Shown: in pieces, positions 43,486 through 51,080 of the stretch
How positions within the stretch are numbered: the stretch's first letter is position 1
How the letters are laid out: every line of letters starts with the position of its first letter
From: a virus
Length of the DNA stretch: 51,158 nucleotides
Reading direction: 5' to 3' (one strand)
IMG/VR virus record: IMGVR_UViG_3300019132_000034
Span: 1 to 51,158 of that record
Made by a program: the position numbers and the translations under genes
The notes under the pieces: model-generated
Databases searched by the model: none
Seen by the model: the letters and a program-made list of their open reading frames with translations, nothing else
What the model was told of the DNA's origin: nothing

Positions 43486-44484
43486 ATGGGGTACTTATTT
43501 GAGAAACTTCCGCAACTTATAGATATGCGAGGAAAACTCCCAAAAAAAGGGCAGTATTCCATGCGAAACGGTGGAATCAAAGCGATTAGAACGAGGGTAT
43601 GGCATCATTCTCTAACAAAATTGAACTTAAAGGGCTCTAACGTAGAAGCATTTGCAAATTATCATGTAGGGACACATGGGTGGCCGGAAATTGGGTATAC
43701 CTTTGTGATTGATCCCAATAAAGTCGTAGACAATCGTGCTGCCATTTATTATTGCGTGGATATTGCTAAAAAATCCTATCATGTGGGAAATAGCAATAAC
43801 TTCTCGTTAGGTATTTGTGTGATTGGGGATTATCGATACGACCAACTATCTGAACCCGCTATGCGTTCGGTATCAGAATTACATGCCGCTCTTGTAGCCG
43901 ATGGAATTGGCCAAGAAGATAAATCCCATCATGAAATGCCGGGATATAGTTGGAAAGAATGTTGTGTTTATAACTACCGAAAAGCCATCCAATGGAAGGG
44001 GAACGTTACTCCATCTGCACCGACACCACTTCCGAACACCTATGTCATTCAGGAGGGGGATACATTCTGGAGTATTGCGAACAGAGATGGAGTTGGTGGG
44101 ATAACGGTAGAGGATTTGATTGCCGCTAATCCTGGAGTAGATCCTAGAAACCTTAAGGTCGGTCAGAGCATCAATCTAGGAAAGGCAAAACATGTGTTTA
44201 CCCGTAATCCGGAGGAACCGAAAAAGCCGCAGTCCTCCTATCGTTTCCCTTTACCGAGCGGGGTTTTACGAAAAGGAGACCGGGGGGATAAGGTTAAACA
44301 ACTTCAGAGAGCGCTCGATACTGTTCACTTCCGCCCAGGAACAATTGATGGAATATATGGTTCAAAGACTGAGGATGCGGTCAAACGATTCCAATCGGTA
44401 TATATACCGTATCAAGTAGATGGCATTTATGGACCGAAAACAGCGGAAAAGCTAAAAGCGGTGCTAAAATCAAAAGGTTATTAG
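43486..44484 (+). CDS. Endolysin: N-acetylmuramoyl-L-alanine amidase plus LysM and PG_binding_1 domains
   Basis: Amidase_2 motifs (WHHSLT...YHVG.HGWPEIGYTFVI...YHVGNSNNFSLGICV), LysM (YVIQEGDTFWSIA) and PG-binding repeats (DGIYGSKTEDAVKRFQ). RBS GAAGGAGG. Confidence 0.9.
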   Translation: MGYLFEKLPQLIDMRGKLPKKGQYSMRNGGIKAIRTRVWHHSLTKLNLKGSNVEAFANYHVGTHGWPEIGYTFVIDPNKVVDNRAAIYYCVDIAKKSYHVGNSNNFSLGICVIGDYRYDQLSEPAMRSVSELHAALVADGIGQEDKSHHEMPGYSWKECCVYNYRKAIQWKGNVTPSAPTPLPNTYVIQEGDTFWSIANRDGVGGITVEDLIAANPGVDPRNLKVGQSINLGKAKHVFTRNPEEPKKPQSSYRFPLPSGVLRKGDRGDKVKQLQRALDTVHFRPGTIDGIYGSKTEDAVKRFQSVYIPYQVDGIYGPKTAEKLKAVLKSKGY

Positions 44485-44493
44485 GCCTTGAGC

Positions 44494-44525
44494 ATCCCTG
44501 TCGATTGACAGGGATTTTTTATTTT
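44494..44525 (+). terminator. Intrinsic terminator after the lysis cassette
   Basis: ATCCCTGTC/GACAGGGAT stem and a T-run. Confidence 0.8.
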
Positions 44526-44610
44526 TGGGGGATGTTTTTCTTGATACCTATTTACAATTGTAAATGGTTTTGGTATAATATAATCAGAAAGGAGGTGAAC
44601 AAAGAGGGGG

Positions 44611-44736
44611 ATGAAATGGCTCGACATAATTGAAAAACTATGTAGCATCGCAGGATTCGCAATATCGCTCATAGTTTTTCTAGAAGGAAAAAAGAAAAAT
44701 AAAAAGCGACGCTTCCAAAAGAAACGTCGCAAATAA
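44611..44736 (+). CDS. 41-aa peptide with one TM helix and a poly-basic tail
   Basis: MKWLDIIEKLCSIAGFAISLIVFLEGKKKNKKRRFQKKRRK. AGGAGGTG and GAGGGGG lie upstream. A stable UUCG-loop hairpin follows at 44747-44772. Confidence 0.4.
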   Translation: MKWLDIIEKLCSIAGFAISLIVFLEGKKKNKKRRFQKKRRK

Positions 44737-44803
44737 CCCAGAAACGGAAGCCCAACCTTCGGGAAGGGCTTCTGTAAAAAAATCATATCATCTCCCTTAG
44801 TAT

Positions 44804-44977
44804 ATGTCAAAATTAGCATGGTTAGCCAACATTCTGTTAGCGTTTGTAGCGGTACGATTTTTCATGACCACCGATTTTACCAATATGGGTGTTTTAGATA
44901 TCGTACTACTCGTCATGATAGTGGGATGGTTCTTAGCAGGAATTAGCTATATGGTTTCACACTTCCGTAGCAGATAA
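44804..44977 (+). CDS. 57-aa two-helix membrane peptide
   Basis: Hydrophobic ORF (LANILLAFVAV...LDIVLLVMIVGWFLAGISYMV). No clear RBS. Confidence 0.3.
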   Translation: MSKLAWLANILLAFVAVRFFMTTDFTNMGVLDIVLLVMIVGWFLAGISYMVSHFRSR

Positions 44978-44989
44978 GGAGGCTATACA

Positions 44990-45238
44990 ATGCAATATCA
45001 TCTCCGCTCCCGTGAAGAGGTGGAGGACTTCATTAAAAATGAGGTCCTCACCACGTCTGAGGTTGTAGAAATGTTGGGAGTTACACGGCAGAGGGTAAGT
45101 CAACTGATCTCAAGTGGGAAATTGACTCCCGTGAAGAAACTTCGTGGTGACAGTCTGTTTTTACGTAGCGATATTTTGGAGAAGAAAAAAGAACTCGAGG
45201 TCCTGAGAAAGAAGTATCGACCGTATGACGAAGAATAG
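44990..45238 (+). CDS. Small HTH DNA-binding protein (excisionase/MerR-like HTH_17)
   Basis: LTTSEVVEMLGVTRQRVSQLISSGKL, with RBS AAGGAGG. Confidence 0.65.
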   Translation: MQYHLRSREEVEDFIKNEVLTTSEVVEMLGVTRQRVSQLISSGKLTPVKKLRGDSLFLRSDILEKKKELEVLRKKYRPYDEE

Positions 45239-45245
45239 ATATTAA

Positions 45246-45276
45246 AATTCCTGGCAAATGCCAGGGAATTTTTATT
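45246..45276 (+). terminator. Intrinsic terminator between the HTH gene and cas12f
   Basis: AATTCCTGGC/GCCAGGGAATT stem and a T-run. Confidence 0.7.
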
Positions 45277-45343
45277 GTTAGAAGGAGTTTGAAAATAAAT
45301 ATTGAATAAAATAATTATCTTATAAAAGGAGAACGCTCTAGTT

Positions 45344-46615
45344 ATGAAACATACCAAAGTCATGCGGTACCAAATTGTTAAACCACTTGATACAGAATGG
45401 TCGACATTCGGAACGGTTCTTCGAGAAATACAGAAGGAAACCCGCGTTGCACTTAATAAAACGATTCAGTTATGTTGGGAATATCAAGGATTTAGTGCGG
45501 ACTATAAGTTTATACATGGGAAGTATCCTAGAAAAATGGATGTTCTAAGATACACAAGTATGCACGGCTATGCCTATAAGCGTTTGAAACCTGAGTTTAC
45601 CAAAATTGCGTCTGGCAATCTTGCACAAACTATAAAGAGAGCGGTAGACAAATGGAACAGCGATGTAAAAGAAATCTCGCGTGGGGAACGTTCTATACCA
45701 AGTTTCAAAAAAGATTGCCCAATCGATGTTGTGAAAAAGTCTATGAAACTAAAGAAATCCGGTGATGGTTATATCCTTAGCCTAAGCTTAATAAACAGAG
45801 AGTATACTAGTGAATTAGGGCGGAAAAATGGTGTATTTGATGTTTTTATAAGGGCTAATGATAAATCCCAACAAACAATTCTAGACCGAATATTAGAAGG
45901 AGAATACATCTTTACGGCGTCCCAAATTCTGAATCATAAAAACAAATGGTTTATTAATCTCACTTATCAATTTGAATCACAAGAAGTTACCTTGGATCCT
46001 AACAATGTGATGGGAGTAGATTTAGGGATTGTCTATCCGGTTTATATCGCATTCAATAATAGCCTACATCGATACCACATTAAAGGTGGAGAAATCGAGC
46101 GATTCAGACAACAGGTGGAAAAACGAAAAAAGGAATTATTGGAGCAAGGGAAATACTGTGGTGATGGACGAAAAGGACATGGGTATGCAACGAGGACCAA
46201 ATCTGTTGCATCCATTCGTGATAAAATTGCAAGGTTCCGTAATACCTGCAATCACAAGTATTCACGGTTCATCATCGACATGGCTATCAAACATAAATGT
46301 GGTACAATTCAAATGGAGGATTTAACAGGGATCAGTCAAGAAAGTACTTTTTTAAAGAACTGGCCATACTATGATCTTCAACAAAAAATTGAATATAAGG
46401 CAAAAGAAGCGGGGATACAAATCATTAAGGTAGATCCAAGCTATACTTCGCAGCGTTGTAGCAAGTGTGGTAATATTAATAGGAAAAATAGACAAGAGCA
46501 ATCCGTCTTTCTATGCGGGAAATGTGGTTTTGAAACCAATGCGGATTACAATGCATCGAGAAACATTGCAATACCTCGAATCGATCAAATCATTAAGGAA
46601 ACATTAGCAAAATAA
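45344..46615 (+). CDS. cas12f: Cas12f-like (type V-F, TnpB-derived) miniature RNA-guided nuclease
   Basis: RuvC-I (VMGVDLGIV), RuvC-II (GTIQMEDLTG), a CSKCG...CGKCG zinc ribbon and RuvC-III (ETNADYNASRNIA). The N-terminus YQIVKPLD..W..FGT.LR..Q.ETR.ALNK matches the AsCas12f1 sequence as I remember it. A CRISPR array lies 290 nt downstream. Confidence 0.8.
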   Translation: MKHTKVMRYQIVKPLDTEWSTFGTVLREIQKETRVALNKTIQLCWEYQGFSADYKFIHGKYPRKMDVLRYTSMHGYAYKRLKPEFTKIASGNLAQTIKRAVDKWNSDVKEISRGERSIPSFKKDCPIDVVKKSMKLKKSGDGYILSLSLINREYTSELGRKNGVFDVFIRANDKSQQTILDRILEGEYIFTASQILNHKNKWFINLTYQFESQEVTLDPNNVMGVDLGIVYPVYIAFNNSLHRYHIKGGEIERFRQQVEKRKKELLEQGKYCGDGRKGHGYATRTKSVASIRDKIARFRNTCNHKYSRFIIDMAIKHKCGTIQMEDLTGISQESTFLKNWPYYDLQQKIEYKAKEAGIQIIKVDPSYTSQRCSKCGNINRKNRQEQSVFLCGKCGFETNADYNASRNIAIPRIDQIIKETLAK

Positions 46616-46621
46616 AAAATA

Positions 46622-46806
46622 GCTCTGGGGCGATTCAGCGTCCTTAAGTCGAGAAGTGCCGTGTACAGCGTCTTGGTCTAGCGGTAACACTCGATAAGGT
46701 AGTCCTGTCTAACAGGCTGAAACCCTAGCCACAAAATCCGGCTAGGCATCATACATAGAAAGTCGTCGATCTACAATCGTGCAAAAACCTAGGGGGATCG
46801 ACGACA
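46622..46806 (+). ncRNA. Candidate tracrRNA / guide scaffold
   Basis: Stems CCTAGCC/GGCTAGG (46724-46746) and GTCGTCGATC/GATCGACGAC (46762-46805). The anti-repeat CATCATACATAG (46747-46758) pairs with repeat positions 14-25, with one G-U pair. Confidence 0.5.
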
Positions 46807-46905
46807 GGGATAATGTCAACGATAACAAGGTTTATGAGGATTTGTAGAAGGGAATTTTATATCTCCGGTACTTGATAAGGTGTTGCTACATCAACACTTT
46901 TTGGG

Positions 46906-47136
46906 GTTTCTGAGGAAACTATGTGTGATGTGAAGCGGGCGATTTTGACGAGTTTGATTATGTTTAAGTCGTTTCTGAGGAAACTATGTGTGATGTGAAG
47001 CAATCAGAGAAAAGGATGCTATTTGGTTTGATATTGTGTGTTTCTGAGGAAACTATGTGTGATGTGAAGATACGGTTTTCAGTGAGTTTATATCCAAGAA
47101 AAATAGGTTTCTAAGGAAACTATGTGTGATGTGAAG
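46906..47136 (+). CRISPR. CRISPR array: 4 copies of a 30-nt repeat (GTTTCTGAGGAAACTATGTGTGATGTGAAG) and 3 spacers (35, 39 and 37 nt)
   Basis: Repeats lie at 46906, 46971, 47040 and 47107. The first three are identical and the last has one G-to-A change. The spacers are unique. Confidence 0.9.
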
Positions 47137-47198
47137 ACTTCCCTATTGTGGTCATGGATACTAGATGCAAAAATAATAATGAGAATTTTTTTGAAATA

Positions 47199-47229
47199 AA
47201 AACCCCTTCTCACTTGAGAAAGGGGTTCT
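47199..47229 (-). terminator. Terminator of the TM2 gene; its hairpin also closes the CRISPR locus
   Basis: AACCCCTTCTC/GAGAAAGGGGTT stem with a T-run on the minus strand. Confidence 0.7.
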
Positions 47230-47234
47230 ATGTA

Positions 47235-47561
47235 TTATACAGCCGAATCATTTTTTTGTGCACTTCTCAACACTCTGATTTCCTCAATAATTTTCCGCTC
47301 AATTTCCTCATGGGTTTTACGAATCATGCTATTTAGTAAAAATAAGTCAATTAATGTCCAAATTCCCAAACAACCGAGCGTTAATGTCATAGCAATCGCT
47401 GTACCGATTTTTCCTAAATAATAGCGATGTCCGCCAATTCCACCTGTAAAAAACCACAATAGCCAGGTAACTCCCGTAGATTTTTTTCTTTTCTCCATTT
47501 CGGTTGACAAAATTTGCAATTCTTGCGTATTCAAATCGTGCTTAGATAAAATACTACTCAT
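47235..47561 (-). CDS. TM2-domain membrane protein
   Basis: WLLWFFTGGIGGHRYYLGK...GCLGIWTLIDLF is the TM2 signature. The start is at MSSILSK, after AAGGAG. Confidence 0.7.
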   Translation of the reverse strand: MSSILSKHDLNTQELQILSTEMEKRKKSTGVTWLLWFFTGGIGGHRYYLGKIGTAIAMTLTLGCLGIWTLIDLFLLNSMIRKTHEEIERKIIEEIRVLRSAQKNDSAV

Positions 47562-47690
47562 GATGAACACTCCTTGTATTTGGTAATCATGGATATATAT
47601 TACTATATTATCCTGTTAATTTCTACAAGTATTTTAGGGTATAAGTTTAGTCCGTTTTGTCTATCCTAACGATGAAAAGGAGTGGAGAAG

Positions 47691-48296
47691 ATGTTATTTG
47701 CATTAGAACTTGCTTTTGGAATCATTGTATTAATCGCTGCTATTCATTTCTGGATCACAAAAAGACAACATGAATATAAAACCATGCTGATTACCGATCA
47801 GATGGAACACAGCCTGGAAATAAAAATGACTTTGGCGATGGGTTTATATATGCGATTTTGTAAGGAAAAAGACGACAAACCGCCTAGATACTCCAAAATC
47901 TACATCAAGCAGAATCCGTTGCAATTTGAAACCTTTTGCGCAAAGGTCATGGAAGAAAAATACGGGGGAACTACGTGGGTTTCTCCTGCTTCCGGTGATT
48001 TTGGGGTGGACTTTGAACACCGCAGGGACGATGGGTTGTATTTAGGTCAGGTGAAATGCTACGAAGGTGATTTACCTTATGATCCAATAGCAAAATTACA
48101 TTCGAACATGGTGAAAAGTGGCGCAGTCGGTGGATATGTCATTACGACAGGAAGCTTTAGTGACAACGCTCGAAAATTTGCTGAAGGTTTAAATATCGAA
48201 CTCATTGACGGCGTGAAACTTGTGGAATATTGGATTGACGGACTAAAGGAAACGGAAAATGCGATTGCTGAGTGGAAAGAAGCCCCTACGATTTAG
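47691..48296 (+). CDS. Membrane-anchored Mrr-cat-type restriction endonuclease-domain protein
   Basis: An N-terminal TM helix, then FETFCAKVME..Y......SGDFGVDFE....GLYLGQVKCY...GYVITTGSFSDNARKFA...IELIDG. Confidence 0.65.
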   Translation: MLFALELAFGIIVLIAAIHFWITKRQHEYKTMLITDQMEHSLEIKMTLAMGLYMRFCKEKDDKPPRYSKIYIKQNPLQFETFCAKVMEEKYGGTTWVSPASGDFGVDFEHRRDDGLYLGQVKCYEGDLPYDPIAKLHSNMVKSGAVGGYVITTGSFSDNARKFAEGLNIELIDGVKLVEYWIDGLKETENAIAEWKEAPTI

Positions 48297-48504
48297 GGGC
48301 TCTTTTTTTGTACAGATCATCCGCTAAACACCCGAACAATTCAGCCAGCATAAATAATCGTGGTACGGAAGGAAAACTTTCCCCTTTGATGTATTTGTCA
48401 AGTTGTCGAATTCCGATTCCTAACTTGTTAGCCACGTAATCTTTTCGGTAACCACTTCTTTCTAACCATTCCCCGATTTTGCTTTCTAATTCCATACTCA
48501 TCAC
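48286..48504 (-). CDS. XRE-family HTH regulator
   Basis: YRKDYVANKLGIGIRQLDKYIKGESFPS. It diverges from the FtsK operon. The start could be any of three nearby Met/Val codons. Confidence 0.7.
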   Translation of the reverse strand: MMSMELESKIGEWLERSGYRKDYVANKLGIGIRQLDKYIKGESFPSVPRLFMLAELFGCLADDLYKKRAPKS

Positions 48505-48640
48505 CTATGTAATTCATTCCATTTCTTCTCGGTTTCTCCTTCCTAGAAATTAAAATTCCGAAATAGAGAAATTAAAGGTCATAAATTCCAAGCTGTTGAC
48601 CATATCCTATACCAAGACCAAGCGAAAGGAGTGTCCGTGA

Positions 48641-48829
48641 GTGCATCTGGAACACCTATTGGCACGTTTGCCGCACATGACCGACGAAGTGTTAGAGGCC
48701 TTTATTCGTGATGCCCAACATCGAGCAAGAACCGCGATTGAAAGTGAATATCGAGAAATGCAACTTATTTTGATTATGAGTGGATTAGGGGAATTGGCAA
48801 AAAGAAAGGGGATGAGAGGTCATGGGTAA
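48641..48829 (+). CDS. Hypothetical protein
   Basis: GTG start after AAAGGAG; 62 aa. Confidence 0.5.
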   Translation: MHLEHLLARLPHMTDEVLEAFIRDAQHRARTAIESEYREMQLILIMSGLGELAKRKGMRGHG

Positions 48830-48980
48830 TCCATTTCAAGATTACTGCCCAAAATGTGGAGCGGAGAAGTGGTCATCATACGAGGGTTATTGTGATAGTT
48901 GTGGGTATGAAAAATACACAGAAGTAACCTATTTCAAATCTTCCTGGGGCGTTTGTTCCAAATATGAGGATGAAGAATAA
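48822..48980 (+). CDS. Zinc-ribbon 52-aa protein
   Basis: CPKCG...CDSCG motif. It overlaps the upstream stop codon. Confidence 0.45.
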   Translation: MGNPFQDYCPKCGAEKWSSYEGYCDSCGYEKYTEVTYFKSSWGVCSKYEDEE

Positions 48981-49153
48981 TGGAATTGGTTTGGACACCG
49001 TTGGCGATAAATTCGATTTTGGTGTTTCTACTTCATCATCTAGAGAAATGGATGGACATTCCGATTGAATGGAACATTTTGAAACTTGGATTGATGATGC
49101 AGGTAGGAATTGCTTTATACAAGCTAGGCGGTATACTTGTTACGTTTTTATAG
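48980..49153 (+). CDS. 57-aa membrane protein
   Basis: Two hydrophobic segments. The ATG overlaps the upstream TAA. Confidence 0.4.
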   Translation: MELVWTPLAINSILVFLLHHLEKWMDIPIEWNILKLGLMMQVGIALYKLGGILVTFL

Positions 49154-49273
49154 GAATATTCCAAGGTATTGACCAGCTAGGAAGTATCAAAGGTATGCGT
49201 AGGCGCTTGAGAAATCAAGTGTCTTTTTCTTCTTTTCATTTGGGACTTAACTATAAAGTTAAGAGGTGGGAGT

Positions 49274-50575
49274 ATGATTGAATTGATTGCCATCCCGATT
49301 GCTACAGGGATTGGAGCAATATGGATGGGAAAACGATATTTTTCCGATGAACACCGCTTAGAAAAAGTCTTTGAAGCTTGTAAATTGTATGTAACCAAAG
49401 GAAGCGGTGACAAGTTAAAACAAGACAAAATGAAGCTAATCCGTAAAGAGGAACACGAGTGGGGAACGGAATACACATACCGCTTACCGGTGGGATTAAG
49501 TTTTGAACAGGTGCAAGCGTGTTATCCAGCGATTAAAGACGGTTTGAATTATAAAGAGGGGTTGGATCGTCACGTAGAAATCTTTTACGAGGGTGCTTTG
49601 AAAATTCAAGTCTACCGTGAGCCGATACCGAAAATGGTGCAATATGACCGCGGTTTAATTCAGTTGTGCCAATCATGGGAAATTCCACTTGGTATGAGTT
49701 ACAAGGAACTTGTATTTCACGATTTTGAAAAGTCTCCACATATGTTGGTGGCCGGAACCACTCGCTACGGAAAAACGGTATTCCTTAAGAACATCATTAC
49801 CACTCTCACGGTACAGCAGCCAGAAAACGTGATTTTTAGTTTGATTGATTTAAAGGGAATGTTGGCATTTTCTCGGTTTGAACATCTGAGACAAGTAAAA
49901 TATACCGCTTCGAACGGATATGAAGCATTGGATGTTTTACAAAAAGTCGTTCATGAAATGAATCGCCGAATGGAAAGGTTTCGAGGAAAATACGAAGATG
50001 TGACGGAAGCAAATCTAAGAGAGCGGCATTTCATCATTGTTGATGAAGGGGCGCAACTTTCAAGTAGAGGAACAAGAGACTTGAAGTTAAAAAAAGTGCT
50101 GCAGGAATGTGAGCGGCTGATGGAGGAAATTGCACGAATCGGTGGGGGACTTGGATTCCGGCTCATTTATGCAACACAGTACCCCCTCCGCGAAAACCTT
50201 CCGGCTAACATCAAACAAAACTGCGATGCTAAAGTGGTGTTTCGTTTACAGAATGAAGTCGCATCACGTACAGTGATGGATTATTCAGGAGCGGAACAGT
50301 TACCGAGAAAAGACGACTCTTACAAAGGCGGTCGCGCCATATATATGACCGATGCGCCTATTATCGTGCAAACGCCATTTGCAGAAAATCATGTCATTGA
50401 GGAGTTGATTAAACCGTATCGAGTCCAGAAAACAGAGGAAAAGGAGGAACAACACCATGCCAATGATGTTGAAGAACCAGGAGAGGGTGGAGGCCATCTT
50501 ATACAGTTTGGATCGTTTGGGGTTTTTAACACGAAGTCAAATTCAAAAGTTACACGACTTAAAAAGCGCACGTAA
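49274..50575 (+). CDS. FtsK/SpoIIIE-family DNA translocase-like ATPase
   Basis: An N-terminal TM segment, Walker A (GTTRYGKT) and Walker B (FIIVDEGAQL). The 3' end overlaps the next gene by 119 nt. Confidence 0.85.
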   Translation: MIELIAIPIATGIGAIWMGKRYFSDEHRLEKVFEACKLYVTKGSGDKLKQDKMKLIRKEEHEWGTEYTYRLPVGLSFEQVQACYPAIKDGLNYKEGLDRHVEIFYEGALKIQVYREPIPKMVQYDRGLIQLCQSWEIPLGMSYKELVFHDFEKSPHMLVAGTTRYGKTVFLKNIITTLTVQQPENVIFSLIDLKGMLAFSRFEHLRQVKYTASNGYEALDVLQKVVHEMNRRMERFRGKYEDVTEANLRERHFIIVDEGAQLSSRGTRDLKLKKVLQECERLMEEIARIGGGLGFRLIYATQYPLRENLPANIKQNCDAKVVFRLQNEVASRTVMDYSGAEQLPRKDDSYKGGRAIYMTDAPIIVQTPFAENHVIEELIKPYRVQKTEEKEEQHHANDVEEPGEGGGHLIQFGSFGVFNTKSNSKVTRLKKRT

Positions 50576-51080
50576 CGCCAATCGTATCCTTTATAATATG
50601 TCTCCTTACCTTAACTCTTTCCGCTTACAAGAAAACGTCTATTACCTTAATAAAAAAGGAAGGGAAATGATTAACAGCCATAAAGTAATGAATCGTAACA
50701 TGCAGGTGCATCACATTTTGATGAGAAACGAAGCTTATATTCACTTTGGATGCCCAAAGAAATGGGGAGTCGAGCAAGCGATACAAGATGAAAAAGGAAA
50801 TGTGTATTTAAGATCCGATGTGATTTTTGCCTTACAGGAAAAAGATAGAGAGGTCTATTATTTTTTAGAGATTGATTACATGCAGAAAATGGTGAACAAC
50901 AAAAAGAAGGTGGAGCGGTATGCACAAGTCAAAGCGATGAACCTTCTCCAACCTTCTTTGGGGTATTTTCCTCAACTCTTTTGGGTGACGACATCTGAAC
51001 ATCGGAAAAAGAAATTAATACAGATGTGTCGTGAACAACAGTTGCAACATATTGTCTATACCATCGATGAGATTCGTTAA
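50457..51080 (+). CDS. Replication-relaxation family protein
   Basis: N-terminal wHTH-like region ILYSLDRLGFLTRSQIQKLH...ARNANRILYNM. RBS AAGGAGG lies 9 nt upstream. The gene runs into the terminal repeat. Confidence 0.65.
   Translation: MPMMLKNQERVEAILYSLDRLGFLTRSQIQKLHDLKSARNANRILYNMSPYLNSFRLQENVYYLNKKGREMINSHKVMNRNMQVHHILMRNEAYIHFGCPKKWGVEQAIQDEKGNVYLRSDVIFALQEKDREVYYFLEIDYMQKMVNNKKKVERYAQVKAMNLLQPSLGYFPQLFWVTTSEHRKKKLIQMCREQQLQHIVYTIDEIR

Noticed and set aside
44481-44819. 112-aa minus-strand ORF after the endolysin
   Set aside because: It runs antisense through a strong plus-strand terminator and the small plus-strand peptide gene. Its sequence is low-complexity and there is no RBS.
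45344-46615. Reading the 423-aa RuvC/zinc-ribbon protein as an ordinary IS200/IS605 or IS1341 TnpB transposon gene
   Set aside because: No TnpA and no recognisable hairpin transposon ends flank it. A spacer-containing repeat array and an anti-repeat lie downstream. The N-terminal region looks Cas12f-like rather than TnpB-like. This still needs a phylogeny to confirm.
49069-49281. 70-aa ORF upstream of the FtsK-like gene
   Set aside because: It has no RBS. It overlaps the better-coupled 48980-49153 membrane ORF. Only its last 28 codons, from ATG 49195, could be real. The call remains ambiguous.
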